Source of the DNA: an uncultured Acidobacteriota bacterium
GTDB taxonomy: Bacteria > Acidobacteriota > Vicinamibacteria > Vicinamibacterales > UBA2999
Length of the DNA: 64,000 nucleotides
Assembly (NCBI GenBank): GCA_963846425.1
Contig: CAWJVW010000005.1
Span: 2,843,732 to 2,907,731 of the forward strand
Reading direction: 5' to 3'
Shown: in pieces, positions 17,173 through 25,904 of the stretch
Layout of the letters: each line of letters begins with the position of its first letter
Position numbering within the stretch: position 1 is the first letter of the stretch
Position numbers and translations under genes: made by a program
The notes under the pieces: model-generated
The model's input: only the letters and a program-made list of their open reading frames with translations
Database searches by the model: none
Told to the model about the DNA's origin: nothing

Positions 17173-18792
17173 ATGCGCAGCTATAGATCGTTGACGGCCG
17201 CGACCCTCGCCATACTTCTGTCTGCCCTCGCTGGCGGCGTATTCGGCCGCAGTGCGCTGGCACGGGAAGATCGACTCCCCGAGCATTACAAGACCTTTAC
17301 GGCGGCCCTTAACGCGATCCAAACGAATTACGTCGACACAGTCGAAGCCGACCGCCTGGTTTACGGCGCCATCAACGGGATGTTGCAGACGCTCGACCCG
17401 CATTCGGCCTTCATGGACCCCCGCACGTACGCGCAGATGCGGGAGCGGCAAGAAGGCCGCTATTACGGTCTGGGCCTGACGATCGTCGCGGTCGATGGGG
17501 ATATCACTGTGATGCGGGTCTTCGAGGGCTCGCCGGCATTTGGGAAGGGCATTCGACGCGGTGACGTGATTGCGCGGATTGAAGGAGAGGACGCCAAGGG
17601 TTGGACGAGCGACCAGGCTGTTCGTCGCCTCAAGGGTCCCAAGGGCAGCTTCGTGTCAATCGGTGTCCGCCGCAAGGGGATGGACGACCTAATTCCCATG
17701 GACGTCATGCGGGATGAAATCACCATCCCGGCCGTAACCGCTCATTTCATGGTGGATGCGCAGACCGGCTACGTTCGCATCGACGACTTTGCCGAGCACA
17801 CAGAGGAAGAACTGACCAATGCGCTCGAAGCGATGCAGTCCAAAGGGATGAAGCGCCTCGTCCTCGACGTCCGAAGCAATCCCGGAGGACAGCTCGATCA
17901 AGCCATTAGGATGGTCAATTTGTTCGTTCAGCGCGGGTCGATGATCGTGTACACGCGCGGACGCGAGAAGAACGCCGATCAGGAATATCGCGCGACGGAA
18001 AACGGTCAGTTCCTGACCAATCCGATGATCGTGCTCGTCAACCGCAGCAGCGCCAGCGCCTCCGAGATCGTCGCCGGTGCACTGCAGGACTATGACCGCG
18101 CGCTGGTCGTTGGCGAAACGACGTTTGGAAAAGCGTTGGTGCAGTCGGTGTACCGGGTGAGCCAGGGTGCCGGGCTCGCACTCACGACCGCTCGCTACTT
18201 CACGCCGAGTGGCCGGCTGATCCAGCGGCCGTGGGACGGCTCGTTCGACGAGTACCTGACATACACGCTGAAGGATCAGTCAGAGCGTCCGCACACGGCC
18301 GAACAGTTGAAATACACCGCGGGCGGCCGCAAGGTCTACAGCGGCGGTGGCATTGAGCCGGATCGACGATTCGATGGACCATACGAGGGCTTCAGCCCAA
18401 CGATGTTCGGCCGTACCCTGTTCGCAAGGCAACTGTTTGCCAGCTACGCCGAGCAGTTTTCGGCAGAAGGCGACACACGCGCGGGCTCGCAGGGCAAGAA
18501 TCGCAAGTCCGTTCGTCGCGGCTTCACGGTGGACGATGCGATGATCCAGGACTTCAAGCAGTTTGTCGCCGGCCGCAAGATCACCGTCGATGAGGCAGCC
18601 TTTGCAAAGGACAAGGCCTTCGTCCGCGCGATCATTCGCTACGAGATCGATCTGGCGCTCTTCAGCGCCGCCTACGCGCGGCAGCGGTTGATGGCCGACG
18701 ATCCCCAGGCCCAGTTCGCCTTGAGCCTCTTTCCCGAAGCTGAGAAGCTGACGGAGCTGGCCAAGACCCGAACCACGAAAGTTGGGCAGTAG
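17173..18792 (+). CDS. Carboxyl-terminal processing (tail-specific) protease, S41 family, with PDZ domain
   Basis: Signal peptide, PDZ (GDVIARIEGEDAKGW), catalytic regions NRSSASASEIVAGALQD and GETTFGKALVQS. Confidence 0.9.
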   Translation: MRSYRSLTAATLAILLSALAGGVFGRSALAREDRLPEHYKTFTAALNAIQTNYVDTVEADRLVYGAINGMLQTLDPHSAFMDPRTYAQMRERQEGRYYGLGLTIVAVDGDITVMRVFEGSPAFGKGIRRGDVIARIEGEDAKGWTSDQAVRRLKGPKGSFVSIGVRRKGMDDLIPMDVMRDEITIPAVTAHFMVDAQTGYVRIDDFAEHTEEELTNALEAMQSKGMKRLVLDVRSNPGGQLDQAIRMVNLFVQRGSMIVYTRGREKNADQEYRATENGQFLTNPMIVLVNRSSASASEIVAGALQDYDRALVVGETTFGKALVQSVYRVSQGAGLALTTARYFTPSGRLIQRPWDGSFDEYLTYTLKDQSERPHTAEQLKYTAGGRKVYSGGGIEPDRRFDGPYEGFSPTMFGRTLFARQLFASYAEQFSAEGDTRAGSQGKNRKSVRRGFTVDDAMIQDFKQFVAGRKITVDEAAFAKDKAFVRAIIRYEIDLALFSAAYARQRLMADDPQAQFALSLFPEAEKLTELAKTRTTKVGQ

Positions 18793-18800
18793 CTACTGCC

Positions 18801-18820
18801 TTTTGGGGTTAACCCCAAAA
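18801..18820 (+). terminator. Perfect 20-nt palindrome / weak terminator-like hairpin after the S41 protease gene
   Basis: TTTTGGGGTTAACCCCAAAA, 9 nt after the stop. Confidence 0.35.
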
Positions 18821-18840
18821 TATAGCGCCCCCGAAGCGCC

Positions 18841-18869
18841 TTGCCACAACGGGCTGGGCTTGTTAGACT
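18841..18869 (+). promoter_or_regulatory. Candidate sigma70-type promoter for smc
   Basis: TTGCCA-17 nt-TAGACT, about 50 nt upstream of ATG 18919. Confidence 0.4.
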
Positions 18870-18918
18870 TGGCCCGCCCAATCCCCCAAACTCAACAAGT
18901 GGCAGGACCCGCCGCACC

Positions 18919-21900
18919 ATGCGTCTCGAACGTCTCGAAATAGCCGGTTTCAAGTCATTTTCTGACCGCTCCGAACTGTCGTTTGACCGCGGCGTAACGG
19001 CGATCGTCGGCCCGAACGGATGCGGCAAGAGCAACGTCGCCGACGCTCTCACCTGGGTGATGGGCGAACAGAGCGCGAAGAGCCTGCGCGGCGAGCGGAT
19101 GGAGGATGTCATCTTCAGCGGGTCGGATGCCAGAAAGCCGACCGGCGCGGCAGAAGTACGTCTTCGATTCAGCGGTGTGGCCGTGGCCCCGAGTGTGATT
19201 CCAGGGGTTGACGGTCCCGCCCATGAAGCTGAACCGCCTGTCCCTGCAAACGGCGGCGGCAACGGGAACGGCCACGGAAGCGGGCATCACGTTCAGGACT
19301 TGCTCGACGCGGTACGAGAGGTCGAAGTCACCCGCCGCTTGTACCGATCAGGCGAAAGCGAATACCTCATCGACGGTCACACCTGCCGCCTGCGCGATAT
19401 TCACGAGCTTCTGATGGACACGGGCCTCGGCGCAAAGGCCTACGCCATCATCGAGCAAGGAAAGATCGGGCTGATTCTGAGCTCGCGGCCAACTGATCGC
19501 CGTCAACTCATCGAAGAAGCAGCGGGCATCACCAAATACAAGTCACGTCGTCGGGCGGCGGAGCTCAAGCTCGAAGCCGCTCAGCAGAACCTGACGCGGA
19601 TCGACGACATCGTCTTCGAAGTGGAGAAGCAGCGCGGGTCGCTCAAGCGCCAGGCTGCGAAGGCGCGACGCTATACGCGGTTGCGCGATGAGATGCGCCG
19701 TTGGGAAAAGGTGTTGTTCGCGCGCCGCTACCGCTCGCTTGGCGAAGTCATCGAATCGACCCGCGGGCGGTTGAGCGAGACCCGCGCGCAGGAGGCGCGC
19801 GCGGCCGCACGCCTCGCGGAAGTTGAAAACGAACTGGGACGCGTACGAATCGAGCTTGCCGAAGCAGAGTCGGCCGCGACCGAGGCGCGCGAGACGGCCC
19901 ACGCGCGCGAACTCGACATGAATCGCCGTCAGCAACAAATCGCGCTCGACGCCCAGCAAGCCGCCATGCTTCAAGCGCGCGCTGACGAGCTCGAAGTCGA
20001 GCGGGTGAGTCTCGATGGGCGTCGTGAGCCTGAGCGGGTTGCACTCGAAGAGCGTCGCACCGCCGCCGCGGACGCCGAGCGAACACGCGACGAGTCGGCG
20101 GCGATTGTTGCAGCGGCCATCGCAGAGCACGCGCAGGCGCAACAGGTCATCGAGGCCGCGGAGCAGGATGTCGAGCGCGCACGCGGCGAAGTCTACGCGG
20201 TCATGAATACGATCACCGCGTTGACCGCGGCGCTGGAGGCCGCAACGGCGCAGCGCGAACGCTCTGCCGAGGCCTTGAGCCGGCTCGAGATGGAAGGCGC
20301 CGATTTGCGCACCGAATACGATCGCGCGGAGGCCGCGCGGCTGGCAGCCAGCGCTGGGCTGACCCGTGCACGCGAGGATTTGGATGAGACCACGCTTGCG
20401 CGGGCGGCGCGCGAATCCGAACTCGCAACTGCGCGCACCGAACACGAATGGCGCGCGCGCGAACTGCGCTCGGGCGAGCATCAACTGGCCTCGCTGACAG
20501 CCCGGCTCACCTCGCTCGAAGAACTCGATTCGCATCGCGCGGGGTTCAGCGATGCCGCGCGCATGGTGTTGGTCGAAGCCAACGGCCGCGTTGGACAAAT
20601 GGGCGCCCTGGCAGACGTCATCGACGTGGAGCCGCGGTTCGAACGTGCCGTCGAGGCCTGCCTCGGGGAACTACTCCAGCACGTGCTGGTGCTGCGCCAT
20701 GAGCGGGCCGAGGCCGGCCTTGCGCTGGTGCGTGAAAAGGACGCGGGACGCTGCGGCTTCATCGTGGTGGGGGCAGGTAGCGCTGGTGCCTCAGGTGCCT
20801 CAGGTGCCGCGGGTGCCGCGGGTGCCTCGAGACTTCCGGATGACGCCGTCCTGTTGTCGAGCGTCGTGCGCGTAGCTAGCGAGCATGAAGAAGCCCTTCG
20901 CGAGGCGATGGGCGAAGCCATCATCGTTGACACGTTCGGGCAGGCGCGCGAGCTATCGGCCCTCTCCTCCCTGCCGGTGGCGACCTTGGATGGCGACGTC
21001 CTCCGCGGCACGCGCCTGGTCGCCGGAGGCGGAAAGGTTGAATCGCGCGGGATCCTGGCCACCAAGCGAGAGATCAAAGAGCTGCGCGAGCGCGTCGCGG
21101 TTGAGCGCAACGTCCTACAACACCTCGTCGGAGAGACGACGGAGTTCCAGGAGGCGATCGCGCACGCGTCCGCCGCTGTGACGGCGCTGGCCGCCGAGCT
21201 GCATCGCCAGGAAAAGTCGATCGTTTCGGTGGAAGCCCTGGTGCAGCGGGCGTCCGAGGACGAGACCCGACTCTCCCATCGCCGCGAGCTCGTCTCGGCA
21301 GAAACGCACCGGGCGACCGAGGAAATCGCGACCCTTGATGCCAGGCAGACCGAAGCGCGCGAATCAATCGCGCGTCTCGACGGTGAACGAACTGCGGCCG
21401 AATCCGCGCTGGCCGACGCGCAACGTGTGTTGGCGACCGCCCGCGAACGCTCCGACGCGCTTGCGCAACGTGCCGCTGAAGCTCGCGCCATGCATGCCGC
21501 ACTTGTCGAGCGCACTGCTGGAGTCGTCGCGGACGTTCGTCGTCTCGAGGAGGGAGCGCGCGAACTGGAGCGCCGCGTGGAGACCTGTGCCAGCGACATC
21601 ACGTTGATGCGGGATCAGCGGGAGCGTCTCCTCGCGGTCGTGGCCGACGGACATACCCTGGTTGACGCCGATGTGCGCACGCTGGATGGACTTCGCGAGC
21701 ATATGCGTGAGGCCGATGACAAGGCGATGGCGCTCAAGGCTGCGACGGATCAGCAGGAAGAGATGATTCGCGACGCAAGGCGCGCCGTCGACGCCGTCAG
21801 GGCCCTTGGGGCAGAACTCGACGTGACGCGCGCGACTGCCGAGTCTGATCTCGCTCATCTCGGCCAGCAGTGCTTCGACGCCGTCAACCAACCGCTGGAG

Positions 21901-22728
21901 GACGTTCGCGTCGAGGTGGAGCAGATGGAAGCCGCCGGCGTCATCGAGCCCGATGCGAACGCTATTCGTGCAGTCGAGGCACCGGAACCCGATGAAGAGG
22001 AGGACGCTGCCGGCGTCGGCCTGGAACCGGTGACCGAACCCACGGGCTTGGAGGGCGAGCTCTCGGCTCCGCCAGCGCCCGTTCGCATGACCGCCGAAGA
22101 GGCAATCATCGAGCTCCGCGCCAAGATCGACAAGCTCGGTCCTGTCAACATGATGGCGATCGAACAGTTCGCCGAGCTCGATGAGCGTCACGGCTTCTTG
22201 ACGACTCAGCGGAAAGATTTGGTCGATTCAATCGCCCAGACCAACGAAGCAATCAAGCGCATCGACGAAACCACACACGCGCGATTCCGCGAAGCGTTCA
22301 CGGCCATCAACACGAACTTCCAAGAGACGTTCTCGACGTTGTTCGGCGGCGGCCGCGCCGGCCTCACGCTGCTCGATGAAGGCGACCCGCTCGAGAGTGG
22401 GATCGACATCGTCGCCTCGCCGCCCGGCAAGCGCCTCCAGAGCGTGATGCTCCTCTCGGGTGGTGAGAAAGCACTCACCGCCATCGCCCTGATGTTCGCG
22501 ATCTTCCAATACAAGCCCAGCCCGTTCTGCGTGCTCGACGAGATCGATGCGCCGCTCGACGATGCCAATATCGGCCGATTCGTGGAGATGCTGCGCGGCA
22601 TGCTGGATCGCACGCAGTTCATCATCATCACGCACAACCGGAAGACGATGGAGATTGCGGATCGCCTCTATGGGGTGACAATGGAGGAGCCGGGAGTGTC
22701 GAAGCTGATTTCGATACAGCTCAACTAA
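18919..22728 (+). CDS. smc: Chromosome segregation protein SMC
   Basis: Start ATG 18919 (MRLERLEIAGFKSF...GPNGCGKSN Walker A). Long coiled coils, hinge, C-terminal LSGGEKALTA and Walker B CVLDEIDAPLD. Confidence 0.95.
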   Translation: MRLERLEIAGFKSFSDRSELSFDRGVTAIVGPNGCGKSNVADALTWVMGEQSAKSLRGERMEDVIFSGSDARKPTGAAEVRLRFSGVAVAPSVIPGVDGPAHEAEPPVPANGGGNGNGHGSGHHVQDLLDAVREVEVTRRLYRSGESEYLIDGHTCRLRDIHELLMDTGLGAKAYAIIEQGKIGLILSSRPTDRRQLIEEAAGITKYKSRRRAAELKLEAAQQNLTRIDDIVFEVEKQRGSLKRQAAKARRYTRLRDEMRRWEKVLFARRYRSLGEVIESTRGRLSETRAQEARAAARLAEVENELGRVRIELAEAESAATEARETAHARELDMNRRQQQIALDAQQAAMLQARADELEVERVSLDGRREPERVALEERRTAAADAERTRDESAAIVAAAIAEHAQAQQVIEAAEQDVERARGEVYAVMNTITALTAALEAATAQRERSAEALSRLEMEGADLRTEYDRAEAARLAASAGLTRAREDLDETTLARAARESELATARTEHEWRARELRSGEHQLASLTARLTSLEELDSHRAGFSDAARMVLVEANGRVGQMGALADVIDVEPRFERAVEACLGELLQHVLVLRHERAEAGLALVREKDAGRCGFIVVGAGSAGASGASGAAGAAGASRLPDDAVLLSSVVRVASEHEEALREAMGEAIIVDTFGQARELSALSSLPVATLDGDVLRGTRLVAGGGKVESRGILATKREIKELRERVAVERNVLQHLVGETTEFQEAIAHASAAVTALAAELHRQEKSIVSVEALVQRASEDETRLSHRRELVSAETHRATEEIATLDARQTEARESIARLDGERTAAESALADAQRVLATARERSDALAQRAAEARAMHAALVERTAGVVADVRRLEEGARELERRVETCASDITLMRDQRERLLAVVADGHTLVDADVRTLDGLREHMREADDKAMALKAATDQQEEMIRDARRAVDAVRALGAELDVTRATAESDLAHLGQQCFDAVNQPLEDVRVEVEQMEAAGVIEPDANAIRAVEAPEPDEEEDAAGVGLEPVTEPTGLEGELSAPPAPVRMTAEEAIIELRAKIDKLGPVNMMAIEQFAELDERHGFLTTQRKDLVDSIAQTNEAIKRIDETTHARFREAFTAINTNFQETFSTLFGGGRAGLTLLDEGDPLESGIDIVASPPGKRLQSVMLLSGGEKALTAIALMFAIFQYKPSPFCVLDEIDAPLDDANIGRFVEMLRGMLDRTQFIIITHNRKTMEIADRLYGVTMEEPGVSKLISIQLN
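20782..20826 (+). repeat. In-frame 9-nt tandem repeat (NNNGGTGCC x5) inside the smc hinge region
   Basis: gctggtgcc tcaggtgcc tcaggtgcc gcgggtgcc gcgggtgcc, encoding AGASGASGAAGAAGA. Same core as the intergenic GGTGCC elements. Confidence 0.8.
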
Positions 22729-22758
22729 GGTTCTCCGGAACCTTGGCCCCCAGGAACC
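22727..22758. repeat. GGTTC/GGAACC inverted/tandem motif element (hairpin AAGGTTC-tccg-GAACCTT) after smc
   Basis: aaggttctccggaaccttggcccccaggaacc overlaps the smc stop codon. 7-bp stem plus a further GGAACC copy. Confidence 0.5.
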
Positions 22759-22786
22759 GTATGTACCCCTAAAGGTGGGCAGCTTT

Positions 22787-23623
22787 ATGTACGCCAGCGC
22801 TCGAAAAATCACACAATTTGCCATGATCGCTGCGGTCGCCGCAGCTCTTGCGGCCTGCGACATCGCGGTTGATGGACACGGCGGCTTCGGCTTCGACTTG
22901 GCGGTTGGCAAGGCGCAGGACGAGTGGACGCGTACCTATAAGGTGGCCGCTGGTGGGCGGCTCGAGATCATCAACGTCAACGGCCGGATTTCGGCCGAAC
23001 CCTCCGAGGGGCCTGACATCGAAGTGCGGGCCGAACGCAGCGCCAAATCGCTGAGCGATGATCAGGCCCGGGAGCTGCTCGCGAAACTCGAAATGCGTGA
23101 AGAGGTGGGCCCCGACCGCGTCCGCGTCGAAGTCCGCGCCCCTCGCTTCAATGGCCCGTCAGGTCACGAGATCAAGTGGACGATCAAGGTTCCAAAGGGT
23201 GTGGCCGTCGATCTGCGCACCGTCAATGGTGGCGTCCACATGTCAGCGCTGCAGGGCGACATTCGCGCCCGCAGCACCAACGGTGGGATCGTCGGATCAG
23301 GCCTTGCGGCTTCGAGCGTGGATGCCTCCGTGACCAATGGCGGCGTGGAAATCGAGCTGGCAACGGCCCCCTCCAGCGGGACGTTCGATCTCGAGAGCGT
23401 CAACGGCGGCGTGACCCTTTCGCTGCCCGCAGCAAGCAAGGCTGACATCGCTGCACGCTGCGTCAATGGCGGCATCTCCGTCACAGGTCTCGACGTCGAA
23501 GTCATCGGTGAAAAGACCCGTCGTCGGCTGGACGGCAAACTGAATGGCGGTGGGGGAGCACGGGTGTCGATGGAAACTGTCAACGGCGGTGTGAAGATCG
23601 GGCGTTCTGGCGGGACTACGTAA
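22787..23623 (+). CDS. DUF4097-like (putative adhesin/toast-rack) lipoprotein
   Basis: Lipobox ALAAC. Repeated VNGG-I/V beta-strand motif (VNGRIS, VNGGVHM, TNGGIV, VNGGVTL, VNGGISV, VNGGVKI). ATG 22787 has a better RBS than GTG 22775. Confidence 0.7.
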   Translation: MYASARKITQFAMIAAVAAALAACDIAVDGHGGFGFDLAVGKAQDEWTRTYKVAAGGRLEIINVNGRISAEPSEGPDIEVRAERSAKSLSDDQARELLAKLEMREEVGPDRVRVEVRAPRFNGPSGHEIKWTIKVPKGVAVDLRTVNGGVHMSALQGDIRARSTNGGIVGSGLAASSVDASVTNGGVEIELATAPSSGTFDLESVNGGVTLSLPAASKADIAARCVNGGISVTGLDVEVIGEKTRRRLDGKLNGGGGARVSMETVNGGVKIGRSGGTT

Positions 23624-23725
23624 GGTGCCTGAAGTGCCTAAGGTGCTTGGGTGCACCGGATCCCGGCGGCGGGCACTCTCGGCACGCATCGCACTCTAGG
23701 GACTCTAGGCACCCCAGGCACCTTG
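23622..23725. repeat. GGTGCC-type element: 4 direct 9-nt units, spacer, 6 inverted 9-nt units
   Basis: Left arm: aaggtgcct gaagtgcct aaggtgctt gggtgcacc. Right arm: ggcactctc ggcacgcat cgcactcta gggactcta ggcacccca ggcaccttg. Confidence 0.8.
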
Positions 23726-23752
23726 CCCGTGGCATACTGCCACCACGGGCCT

Positions 23753-24901
23753 GTGAACGAAGACAAAGCCTCCCATTATCATCGTCTGCGTCGCCGCACT
23801 GAAATCCTGGGCACCATCGTGGCCGCCGTAATCCTGGTGGCGCTGCTTCTGACTGGTGCGACGCTCCAACTGCGAGAACTCGGATCGATTGTCGGCAGTC
23901 TCATTGGCCGCGGCTATGAGGAGCCGGGCACGGTCGTCGGCTTCGCAGTCGCCCTCTCCGTTCTTCTCACCGTCATCGAGCTGCCGTTCGCGTACTACCA
24001 GGGCCATGTGCTCGAGCACCGTTACGGACTTTCGAACCAAACGTTCGGGCAATGGGCTCGCGACCACATGAAAGGCATCTTCATTTCCCTGGTGTTCGCA
24101 ACCGTTGGCGCGTCCATTGTTTATTCGACAATGCGGTGGAACCCGAATTTGTGGTGGGCTGCGTCTGCTGCGGCCCTGGCTCTCGTGATGATTGTCATCG
24201 TGCAGTTGGCCCCCGTGGTCCTGTTGCCGCTGTTTTACAGCTTCAAGCCTCTCGACCGCCCTGCGCTGGTCGACCGGCTGTTGGCCCTTGCCGCTCGCGC
24301 CCATACCCGTGTGGTGGGCGTGTATGAATGGGCGCTCAGTGCACATACCAAAAAAGCCAACGCGGCGCTGGCAGGAATGGGGCGAACCCGCCGCATCCTT
24401 CTGGCGGACACGCTGCTCGCCGATTATTCTGACGACGAGATTGAAGTGATCCTGGCGCACGAACTGTCACATCACGTCAATCATGACCTCTGGCGCGGAG
24501 TGGCCTTGCAGACGCTGCTGCTCTTCATCGGTTTCCTGGGTGCGCACCTGGCGCTTCTGGGTCTCAACGATCGGCTTGCGTTGCGTGGAATGGACGATCC
24601 CGCTGGCATGCCGCTGCTGCTGCTCGTGGCTGGCCTGTGCTCGTTCGTCTTCATGCCGCTCGCCAACGCCCTGTCACGCGCGCACGAGCGTCGCGCCGAC
24701 CGATTCGCGCTCGAGATGACCAATGAGGCCGGCCCATTCATCACAGCGATGAAGCGGCTGTCGCAGCAGAATCTGGCCGAAGAGCGCCCGTCACGAGTCG
24801 TTCAGTGGCTCTTCTATTCGCACCCTCCGATCCTCGAGCGCATCGAGGCGGCGCGCGCATGGGAAGCGCAAAAAGCAGGCCGCAGACCCGAAGTGGCATG
24901 A
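23753..24901 (+). CDS. M48 family zinc metallopeptidase (Ste24/HtpX-like), membrane protein
   Basis: HELSHHVNHD (HExxH), multiple TM helices. Start set to GTG 23753 because the track N-terminus (GTLGT...) merely translates the upstream repeat. Start uncertain. Confidence 0.8.
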   Translation: MNEDKASHYHRLRRRTEILGTIVAAVILVALLLTGATLQLRELGSIVGSLIGRGYEEPGTVVGFAVALSVLLTVIELPFAYYQGHVLEHRYGLSNQTFGQWARDHMKGIFISLVFATVGASIVYSTMRWNPNLWWAASAAALALVMIVIVQLAPVVLLPLFYSFKPLDRPALVDRLLALAARAHTRVVGVYEWALSAHTKKANAALAGMGRTRRILLADTLLADYSDDEIEVILAHELSHHVNHDLWRGVALQTLLLFIGFLGAHLALLGLNDRLALRGMDDPAGMPLLLLVAGLCSFVFMPLANALSRAHERRADRFALEMTNEAGPFITAMKRLSQQNLAEERPSRVVQWLFYSHPPILERIEAARAWEAQKAGRRPEVA

Positions 24902-24936
24902 CCGTCATATTTGGCTCTCGTTATTGGAGCGGACAT

Positions 24937-25851
24937 ATGAAACTCACTCGCGCGGCAGTCGTTGCCGTGTTATTTCTATCCGTCGTGTCCGTGCAGACGC
25001 AATCCATGCGCAAGACGAATGTCGCGCACAGAGGAGCATCTGCCTATGCTCCGGAGCACACACTGGCGTCCTATCGTCTGGCCCTCGAACAAGGCGCCGA
25101 TTTCGTCGAGCAGGACTTGGCAGTGACCAAAGACGGAGTGCTGATCTGCCTTCACGACCCCACGCTCGAGCGTACGACCAACGTCGAGGAGCTGTTCCCC
25201 GATCGCGTCTCACAGGTGACCTGGGAGGGAAAAACCGTCCAAGGCTGGCTCGCGAACGACCTGACGCTTGCCGAGATCAGACAGCTCGACGCAGGATCGT
25301 GGTTCGATCCGAAATTCAAGGGCGAGAAAATTCCGACCTTCGACGAAGCGGTGGCGCTCGTCAAGGGAAAGGCGGGAATGTTTCCGGAGCTCAAGACGCC
25401 GGAGGTCTATAAGGGGCGCAACGTGAACTTCGAGATGCTGGTCGCCGCCGCGCTTGACAAACACGGGCTGCGCGGCCCGAAGGCCGACCCCAAGACCCCG
25501 ATCATCCTGCAAACCTTCAGCGAGTCGAGCGCGAAGAAACTGGCCACGATGAAAATTGGGGTGCCGGTGGTGTTGCTGATGTCGAACGGGAAAGGCTGGG
25601 AATCGGCGGCGAAGGTGAAGGAGTGGAAGGCCCATGTGCAGGGCCTCGGTCCTGCCAAGGCTATTGTGGAGTCCAACCCCGATCTCGTGAAGTGGGCGCA
25701 TGCCGAGGGCCTGACGGTCGTGCCCTACACATTTCGATCGTCCAACTCGGGGAAGCATCCCACGGTGAAGGCCGAGATGGAGCACTTCCTCTACACGCTC
25801 GGCGTTGACGGCTTGTTTACAGACAACCCGGATCAATTCCCACGACGATAA
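24937..25851 (+). CDS. Glycerophosphodiester phosphodiesterase (GlpQ-like, secreted)
   Basis: Start ATG 24937 with GGAG upstream. Signal peptide. HRGASAYAPEHT and E/D catalytic motifs of the GDPD family. Confidence 0.85.
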   Translation: MKLTRAAVVAVLFLSVVSVQTQSMRKTNVAHRGASAYAPEHTLASYRLALEQGADFVEQDLAVTKDGVLICLHDPTLERTTNVEELFPDRVSQVTWEGKTVQGWLANDLTLAEIRQLDAGSWFDPKFKGEKIPTFDEAVALVKGKAGMFPELKTPEVYKGRNVNFEMLVAAALDKHGLRGPKADPKTPIILQTFSESSAKKLATMKIGVPVVLLMSNGKGWESAAKVKEWKAHVQGLGPAKAIVESNPDLVKWAHAEGLTVVPYTFRSSNSGKHPTVKAEMEHFLYTLGVDGLFTDNPDQFPRR

Positions 25852-25853
25852 AC

Positions 25854-25896
25854 GGAAGCTGCACAGAAGCACAGATGCTTCCACGCTTCTGGCTGC
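25854..25896. repeat. GAAGC-type element (GGAAGC..CAGAAGCAC / GCTTCC..GCTTCTG) between convergent genes
   Basis: ggaagctgcacagaagcacagatgcttccacgcttctggctgc. Same architecture as the element at 30003-30063. Confidence 0.65.
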
Positions 25897-25904
25897 GTTC
25901 GTGG

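Noticed and set aside
19543-21602. Long minus-strand ORFs (351 aa at 19543-20598, 373 aa at 20481-21602) antisense to smc
   Set aside because: They lie entirely within the well-supported smc CDS. Their Arg/Ala/Ser-rich low-complexity translations are typical of antisense frames in high-GC DNA. No recognisable motifs.
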